From contig OZ220741.1 in assembly GCA_965116885.1 (NCBI GenBank), positions 4,224,001 to 4,288,000 of the forward strand: a DNA stretch of 64,000 nt, in the 5' to 3' direction. The notes under the pieces were generated by a model. That model made no database searches. It had not been told where the DNA came from and was given only the letters and a program-made list of their open reading frames with translations. This DNA comes from Candidatus Latescibacterota bacterium. GTDB lineage: Bacteria; Latescibacterota; UBA2968. Positions 47,801-56,691 of the stretch are shown here, piece after piece. The translations under genes were made by a program, and so were the position numbers. Position 1 is the stretch's first letter. Each line of letters starts with the position of its first letter.

Positions 47801-50800
47801 ATTTGCCTGAATTTTCAACGCGATATCCCGTGACAATTGCCATGGCGACCCTCGCAGTAGTGTTGCTTGGCTGGATATCGCTGGACGGTTTGGGCACTGA
47901 TCTCTTGCCGGATCTTCAGACGCCAGTCGTCACCATAGACCTGACAGCACCGGGCAAATCGCCTGTCGAGATCGAAGAAAACTATACGCGTCGCCTCGAA
48001 CGCGATGTGAGCACGATTAACGGCGTCAAGCGCGTCTATTCGATTACCCGTTCAGGACAGGCCGTGGTCATTGCAGAATTTGCCTGGGATGCGGACATGG
48101 ATTACGGGTTGCTCGACGTGCAAAAAAGAGTGGGGCGCTATGCGGTCAATGAAGATGTATCACAGTTGGATGTGACGCGCGAAGATCCGCTCTCGCTTGC
48201 GGTGATGCGCATTGCGATTACAGCAGACGAAAACGCGGAACTCGACGCATTGATGGGTACGGTAGAGTTGTTGATCAAACCCAAATTGGAAGCCCTCGAC
48301 GGCGTGGCGTCTGCCGAGGTGGAAGGGGGAGCGGAAAAGGAAGTGCGCGTTACACTCGATCCTTATTTGCTCGAAGCGTTTGGGCTTTCATCCGATGCGG
48401 TCATCAATCGCATCGCACAAGCAAATGCCGATGTATCCGGAGGTACGCTCAGAGAAAATCAGCAGTCGTATCTGGTCAAAGCCCTCGGTCGCTTAGATGA
48501 CATAAACGATGTGCGGGAAGTCATCGTGGGAGAAAGGCGCGGGGGAGGGGGCACAGTTTCTGGCGATCGCGTGCCGGTACGCGTGCGCAACGTGGGCACG
48601 GTTGACCTGGAATATCAAGAGCGAGAAACCATTGTGCGCCTCGACGGACGGGAATGCGTTGGCCTCGCTATTTACAAAGAAGCCGGCAGCAATACAGTCG
48701 CCGTGGTCAATACGGTATTGGATGCGATAGACGATATCGAAGCAGACCTGAGCGGCATGCACTTCACAACCGTCGAAAACCAGGCGCGATTTGTCGAAGA
48801 CGCCATAGGAGAAGTCGAAACATCTGCCATTCACGGGGCATTTTTGGCGATTCTCGTGCTTTTGATCGCGTTGCGGAGCTGGACAGTGACGCTGGTGATC
48901 GGGTTGGCAATCCCCATTTCCGTATTGGCGACATTCACGCTTATGTACTTTGAGGGTTTGACCCTGAATATTATGACACTGGGTGGATTGGCTCTGGGCG
49001 CGGGCATGCTCGTTGACAATGCCATTGTGGTCATTGAAAATATTTATCGCCATCTCGAAAGCGGCGAGGATGCGCGCACAGCGTCGAGCCGCGGTGCCTC
49101 TGAAGTCGGCGTGGCAATTTTGGCTTCAACGCTGACGACCGTGGCTGTCTTCTTGCCCATTGTCTATTTGCAGGGGCTGGCGGGCAAACTCTTTGTGGAT
49201 CAGGCATGGACAGTTGCATTTTCTCTGTTGTCTTCTCTGGTTGTGGCAATGACGACGATTCCGATGCTGACATCGCGCATCTTTAGACGGTTGAATACGA
49301 CGCACAAAACGACTGTTCGGTCGGACAAATACTATCGGTTTCTCAATGGTATTTTGAACCGCAAACTCATCATGCTCGGCGTCGTATTGCTCATTCTGGG
49401 CGGAACCGGGTATATCGCCCGCGAGTTGCAGACCGAATTTATCCCGCGCGAAGATCAAGGGCTATTCCAAATTGACCTCACATTGTCCGAAGGCTCGCGT
49501 GTGGAACTGAGCGATCAGGTCGCCCTGCACGTCAAAGAGATTGTCGAAAGCGTTGGCGGGAGCGATGTGGCGCATGTGTACGCGCTGACCGGCCTCAACC
49601 CCGCTCGGATATCGACCGGAGGCGAACCGACGGGTCCCAATCGCGCGACTCTATCGGTGGCGTTGCACACACAGCGGTCGCGCAGCGTCAGCGAATTGGT
49701 GCGCGACCTGGATCCCATTTTAAGTGCCATGCCCGATATCGAAGTGAAATACAAGCTGCACGAAACCGCGCTTGAAGGCGTGATGGGAGGACAAGAAGCA
49801 CCCATTCAGGTCGAAGTGTCCGGGGAAAATCTCGATATTTTGGCGCGTATCACCAAAGAACTTCAGGCGAGGATCGAGGGTCTTCCCTCGGTGTATAATG
49901 TGCGCACGAGTTTTCAGGGCGGGCAGCCAGAAGTCGATCTGGCGATTCGCGATGAGGTAGCGGCGGCATTCGGATTGACCACCCAGACCATCAGCCGCAC
50001 ATTGGAAAGACAACTATCCGGTGAAGTTGCTGGCGAACTATCTAAAGACCAGCGCACGCGGGATATCCGGGTAAAATATCGAGATATTGATCTGCGCGAA
50101 CTCCACACCATGCAAATCGAAGGAACAGATGGCGCGATCCTGACGTTGGGGGATATTGCCGAGCTCAATATTATTGAAGGTCCCCGCGAAATTTTGAGAG
50201 AAGATCAGCGTCGCGTAGGGCGCATTACGGGATATCTCACAGAAGGACGCATTTTAAGTGAAGCCGTTGCCGACGTACGCGCCACCATGCAGGAAGTGGT
50301 TGTGCCGTCGGGGTATCGCGTTGAAATTGGCGGGGAAGAGCGCGAACGTGCAGCGTCATTTGAAAGTCTCAAATTCGCACTTCTGCTTTCGATTGTGCTG
50401 GTCTATATGGTTATGGCGTCGCTATTTGAATCCACGCTCCATCCATTCACAGTCATGTTTTCCGTTCCATTAGCCGGCGTCGGCGTGATATTTGGATTCT
50501 ATCTTTTAGGTGAACCGCTCAGTGTGATGGCTTATATCGGCATCATTATGCTGGGCGGTATTGCGGTCAACGATGCGATCATTCTCGTGGATCGCATCAA
50601 CCAGCTCAGGCAAGCTAGCCTGACGTTGCGAGAAGCGATCCTACAGGGCGGTCAGGACCGCTTGCGCCCCATTATGATGACGAGTGCGACGACCATTCTC
50701 GCCCTGCTGCCCATGGCACTCGGTTTTGGCGAGGGGGCAAAATTGCGCGCACCGATGGCTATAGCCGTCATTGCTGGCCTCGTAACATCGACATTGATGA

Positions 50801-50862
50801 CCTTACTCGTAATACCCACCATGTATGAACTGGTTGACCGACTTCGGAGGAAATCCGCGTGA
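47797..50862 (+). CDS. AcrB/SwrC-like RND permease
   Basis: [14 protein letters not shown] (TM4), [29 protein letters not shown]. Confidence 0.93.
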   Translation: [1021 protein letters not shown]

Positions 50863-53800
50863 CACTTGCTGGTATTGCCGTTCGGCGGCCCGTGACCACG
50901 GCCATGTTTTTTCTTGGTCTGGCTATTTTAGGCGCGATTTCTCTGGATCGATTGCCCGTTCAGATATTTCCCGAACTCGTCCGCCCGGAGGTCTTTGTCA
51001 CAGTCACTCAGCAGGGCTATTCGCCCGAACAGGTCGAGCGGGAATTGGTGATGCCCGTCGAGAGAGAGGTGGGCAAACTCGAAGGCATTGAGGCGTACGA
51101 ATCCTTTTCTCGCCAGAACAATGGCGGGGTACGCATTTCCTACGCGCCCAATACGGATATGAAATTCGCCCTGTTGCAGCTCGAAAGCCGCATCACGCGC
51201 CTGCAACCGCTTTTGCCCGAAAGAGCGCGGGTCAACATACAGCGCTTTGATTCCTCTGATCTGAGTGCTTCGGTGATGCAAATTCACGTGTTGGGCGAAG
51301 GCGATATAAACTGGTTGCGCGAATTTGCCGAGGAGAAAATCAGACCGGAATTGGAAGCGGTCGATGGCGTTGTCAACGCGCAGGTCCTGGGCGGGCAAAG
51401 GACGGCTATTGAAATTATTGTCGATCCATTGATGCTGCAGGCGCACCAGCTTTCGATGTCTGATGTTCGCAATCGCATCAATGCGTTTAATACGCGACGA
51501 CAATATCTCGGGCGAGTGTACGACGGCGACCAGGCTTATGCGGTCAGCATTCAGGGCCAATTTACAGACCTCGTGCAAATCCGCAGAGTCGTGATCAAAC
51601 CCGAATTGCCCCTGCACCTGGGCGACATTGCCAAAATTCTCTACGGCCTTCAGGAGCGTACAGATCTGCAACGCATCAATGGCAAAGCCGCCGTTGGCAT
51701 CCGCATTCAAAAAGACGATGAAGCCAATCTCATCGAACTTGCAGGAGAACTCGAAGACACCATCGAACGCGTCAACAGCGATCTTGCATACGAAAATATC
51801 CAACTCGTGATCAGCCAGAATCAGGCAGAGATTATGAACGAAGCCCTCAATTTCCTCAAACGGGCCGCTGTTGTCGGGGGATTGCTCGGGCTTTTTGTTT
51901 TGTTCTTATTTTTGAGAAATCTGCGCTTTGTCGCTGTTTTGCTCCTCGCCATTCCGTGTTCTTTGTTGCTCACATTTAATCTGATGTATATGTGGGATCT
52001 CAGTTTGAACGTGCTCTCGATGTGCGGCCTCGCGCTTGCAGTTGGCATGTTGATGGACAATGGCATTGTGGTCATGGAAAATATTTTCAAGCATTTTGAA
52101 CAGGGCAAATCTCCCAAAGAAGCCGCAAAAGCAGGAACCGATGAGATCGCACGCGCCGTTGTTGCGGCAACCGCGACTACAATTACTGTTTTTATACCCG
52201 TAGTTTTTATTCAAAGCGACTTTCAAGATATCCTGCGAGAATTCGCGCTGTCCATCGCCTTTCCTCTGCTTGCCTCTCTGCTCGTAGCCCTCACACTTGT
52301 GCCTGCCCTCGCATCGAAAACCCTTTCTCTCGCATCTCGACCACCGACGGGAACAGGCGCATTGATCGAGATGTACACGGTGTGCCTCAAAGCGGGCTTG
52401 CGCCACAGAATTAGCGTGTCACTGGGTATTGTCGGCGCGCTTGTCATCACGTTGATCATTTCTTTTTTCTTTATGCTACAACAAGATATCCGTCGTGAAG
52501 AAAGCCGTTTTACCGTCTATATCAGCATGCCCGAAGGCACGACTATTGAAGCCCTTGATGCTGTTGTTGGCGAAATTGAAAGTGCTGTGCGAGATCTCAA
52601 AGGTATAGATCGCTTTACGACCAGTATCAGCGAAACCCAGGCGAGTATCAATGTGGAACTTTTGCCCTTATCCGAACGCCCCGACCAGATTTCTGTCGAT
52701 CTCATCAAGGAAAATCTCGAAGAGTCATTCGGTGATGTCCAAAATGCGATTGTGAGTTATGAGGCCATCGCGCGCACGGGCAGGGGAGGTGGTGGGGGCC
52801 GAGGGGGAGGCGGGGGAGGCGGTATTCGGGGCACCCGTCAGGCCTCGGGCGGATTCAATCTGGAAGGGGGCGCGCCTTCGGAAATGGCTGTCATTCGCGG
52901 CTATGATTTTACGGTGCTTCAAATGCTTGCCGACGATCTGGTCTATCGCCTCGAAGAACTGGAGGAAATCGATCCGAATAGCGTAAGAGCCGATGCAGAA
53001 CGCGGCGCATCCGAAGTGCATGTGTTGCCCGATGAGGAAGTAATGTTTGATCGGCGATTGCAGGTGCGCCAAGTGCTCAATGCCGTATCCGACGCCAATC
53101 CGCGCGGTGCGCGATCCAATATTTCATTTCTCACGCCCGAAGGCACAGAAATCCCGATTGATGTTCGCAATGTCGAAGACCCCGAAGAAGAGGGGGAGGG
53201 GATTGCGGGATTGAGACAGACGCCGATTCTGGGTACGGGAGGGACTTACATTCCCCTTGTGGAAGTTTCGCATGTGCGCCGGGATCAGGGCAGGAGTATG
53301 ATTTTGCGCACCGATCAATCGCGGCGCGTGATTGTCTCGTACCGCTTTGCCGAAGAAATTTTGCAGTCTCAACCTCTGCTGGAAGCCTCCCGCGCCTATG
53401 TGCAAGCCGTGGTCTCTGAAATGGTGCTGCCCGAAGGGTATAGCATCGAAATGATCGAGGCAGAGGAAGAGACGATTTATTACTGGATGATGGGCATTGC
53501 CGCTCTATTGATTTTTATGATTTTGGCCTCTTTGTTTGAATCGCTTTCCGCGCCTGTGATTATTTTGTGTACGTTGCCCGCAGCAATTATTGGATCGTGC
53601 TGGGCACTGATCTTATCGGGGACGGGATTGACCTCGCAAGAAGCGCCAATGGCACTGTTGGGACTTATTGTTTTGAGCGGTATTGCCGTCAACAATGGGA
53701 TCGTGCTGATCGATGCGATTGAAACCCTTCGCCGCCGTGGGTTCAGGCGAGAACGCGCGGTGCTCACGGCGAGCCGGTCGCGCGTGCGTCCTGTTTTAAT

Positions 53801-55583
53801 GACTTCGGCAACCACCATTTTGGGCATGTTGCCTCTGGCACTCATATTTGGCGGCGATTACGAAATTTGGCCCCCCTTTGCGATTGTGGTAATCGGAGGG
53901 CTGGCTGTTTCAACGGTTTCCACCCTCGTATTTATTCCCGTGGTGTACATGGGAATTGATCAGACCAAAGCCTGGTTGACGGATATTGGGTGGTTCGGGA
54001 TCGTATTGGGAACAACGGCAGCCGCGGGATTGACATATTGGGTTGACGGTTATTACCAGAGTTTGTTCTGGACCTGTCTTTTGGCATTGCCAGCCTGGAT
54101 GTTGTGTATGGGTGTAATCTGGATAGTGCAACGCATTTATCGCGCGCGTATGGCTTCTCTTGCCGAGATCGGCAATATTGAACATCTCGAAATTCGCAAT
54201 CTGACCAAAATTTATGGCGCGCCGGGACGATTTAAGCACGAATGGGATCGCTTTAAGCGGCGTCATCAGCGCCTTTTAGAGCGCGGGCAGGTATTGATAG
54301 ATAAAAAGGCTATTAAGGACAGTTTGTGGTGGAAGTTACCACTTCTGGCACTTTTGATTTATTTGGAAACCTATTTTGAACAGGGAGCCTGGATATTTTT
54401 GGCAGGGCTTGCTATATGGGGCCTCGTGCATCACCTCATACTATGCGCGGCAGCTTTGCGCGATTTTCAGATTGAGAACAGATGGATATCACAAATCGCC
54501 CGATTGATTTTGCCGCTGGTCTTTATCGCCTTTATCCATTGGCGTTTGGAACTTATATCTTTGACCATCGCCACTACTGCAATCTACTTGCTCTATCGCA
54601 TCATCGGGTTTTTGGCAAATCGCGTTGGACAAGGTCGCGTTGACCCCGAGCATATACCGGGCAAATTAGGCCCTGTTAAAGGCATCGTGTACCGCGGGGC
54701 GGCAGCCGTTCCCCTGATTGGCGTTCCGCGCCCACAATTCCAGGCTCTCGGCGGTGTGAGTCTCGATATTCCGCGCGGGATGTTTGGGCTTTTGGGCCCC
54801 AATGGCGCGGGCAAGACCACGCTGATGCGGATTGTGTGTCGGGTTTTGTCGTCAAATTACGGGTCGGTACTCGCCAATGGCACAATACCGCTTACACATC
54901 GGAATATGCAGGGGGTGATTGGCTATTTGCCGCAGCACTTTGGCCTGTATCTGCACATGTCTGCGTATAATTATCTGGAATACCGCGCGCTTTTAGAGGG
55001 ATTTAAGGATGGGGTCGCGCGGCGCAAGCGCGTTCAAGAATGTCTGGAGCAGGTCAATCTGTGGGATAGGCGAGACGATCTGATTGGTTCGTTCTCTGGC
55101 GGTATGAAACAGCGCGTGGGCATTGCACAAACCCTGCTGCACTTACCGCAGATTATCGTAGTGGATGAACCGACAGCGGGATTGGACCCACTCGAGCGTA
55201 TCCGGTTCAGAAATCTGCTGGCGCGATTTAGCCAGGAAAAAATTATTATTTTTTCCACACATATTGTCGAAGATATTGCGGGCAGTTGCAACCGATTGGC
55301 CGTGCTGAATCACGGTAAGCTGCTTTATACGGGAACCCCGATTGAAATGCGCGATTTGGCGCGCGATAAGGTGTGGGAGGCTCTGCTGCCAGATCCGCGT
55401 TTTGAAGCACTGGAACGCGACCTGGATATGATTACACATGTGCGCGTGCCCGATGGGATTCGGGTGCGGTTTCTCGCCACTGATCCCATCCCAGAAGCGC
55501 GTGCTGTTGCGCCCACCCTCGAAGATGCGTATCTCTACCTTTTGCGACATGGCGATGAATACAAACAGTCTAACATGGCGTGA
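50859..55583 (+). CDS. RND permease fused to a C-terminal ABC ATPase domain
   Basis: Full RND ([22 protein letters not shown]), then extra TM helices, then an NBD with [27 protein letters not shown], STH in one continuous 1574-aa ORF. Confidence 0.92.
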   Translation: [1574 protein letters not shown]

Positions 55584-56283
55584 GTTGCTTTTCTTTGTCG
55601 GGAAAATGCACAGTCTGAGCATGAGAATCGTTTTTCACCGCAAAATGATTTTTATGTTTGGCGGGATTGTCGCGTATTACGCAATTTTGTACGCGATTGC
55701 AATCTGGCGTCCAGGTGAAGGGCTTTCAGTCGAACAAGCCCTCCATGTATTGGTTGAAGTGCCGGGCACGGTGCTTGCAATTTACCTGACGATGGATCTG
55801 GTGTCGGGGGAGAGGGATAAGGATACGCTTGAAATTCTGTTCAGCACGGCGGTCAGCCACTACGCGACCTGGGCCGTGAGAATTGTGTCGATCAGCGTTG
55901 CGCTATTTGCCACGCTGATGGCAATGAGCACGATTTCCTACTATTTTTTTGCGGAGTTTCCCTATCTCCTGGGGGGATTGAATGCATGTATCCCTGCCTT
56001 TTTTATGGTAGGAGCCACATTTCTGTTTTCTGTCTTGTGTCGCAGTGGCAATGCGGCTGGCATGCTCGCCGTTGGCCTTTTGATTGCGATTTTGCTTTCG
56101 ACGGAGGCGTTTGAGGATACATCGTATTACCTTTTTCTCAAGCCATTTGACCCGCCTTCAGATTTAGATACCAGCCTGTGGGTAAATCGCGTGGTCTTAA
56201 ACCGCGCGGGCATTGCCATTCTGGGAATACTGTTCATTTTTCTCGCTCTGAGACGAATGATAGACCGCGAAAAGCTGCTGTGA
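55549..56283 (+). CDS. ABC-2-type permease
   Basis: About 6 TM helices with ERDKDTLEILFS coupling-helix motif; overlaps the end of the RND-ABC gene. Confidence 0.8.
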   Translation: MAMNTNSLTWRELLFFVGKMHSLSMRIVFHRKMIFMFGGIVAYYAILYAIAIWRPGEGLSVEQALHVLVEVPGTVLAIYLTMDLVSGERDKDTLEILFSTAVSHYATWAVRIVSISVALFATLMAMSTISYYFFAEFPYLLGGLNACIPAFFMVGATFLFSVLCRSGNAAGMLAVGLLIAILLSTEAFEDTSYYLFLKPFDPPSDLDTSLWVNRVVLNRAGIAILGILFIFLALRRMIDREKLL

Positions 56284-56340
56284 TAGAGTCAAAAGCGTCC
56301 GCAGATGACGCAGATGAAAGTCAAAAGCAACATCCATAAG

Positions 56341-56376
56341 AAAGCCCCTTGTCAATACAGACCAGGGGGTTTTTTA
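56341..56376 (+). terminator. Intrinsic terminator of the ABC/RND operon
   Basis: AAAGCCCCTTGTC-aataca-GACCAGGGGG followed by a T tract. Confidence 0.75.
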
Positions 56377-56425
56377 TGCCATTATTCAACAAAACAAAAA
56401 CGCATCAACGAAGAAAAACAGCCCA

Positions 56426-56460
56426 AATCAGAAATACGCAAGTGCTAATCAGAAATACGC
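56426..56460 (+). promoter_or_regulatory. 14-bp direct repeat with 21-bp period (probable AraC-type operator)
   Basis: AATCAGAAATACGC at 56426 and 56447. Confidence 0.6.
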
Positions 56461-56691
56461 GAGGATTTTTTGAATTGCAATTACAGGTGTGATGGTGGTA
56501 TCATAAAAGAGCCGCCGACAAGACGAGAACAAGTCAACTGTCAGCGGCGGTAGTATCTCAAGCTGGGAACTTGAGAAGACTAAATGAAAAGTAACGACCT
56601 GAAGCGCGATTGTCAATATGTACGACTGCGTTTCATTGCACCTGAATAATGTGGTTTTAAAAATTTCACGGCGTACTGATGATGACAAAAG

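Noticed and set aside
50928..51803. 291-aa minus-strand ORF and similar long antisense ORFs (e.g. 22658..23446, 46014..46769, 58671..59390)
   Set aside because: Codon-bias shadows of real genes on the opposite strand.
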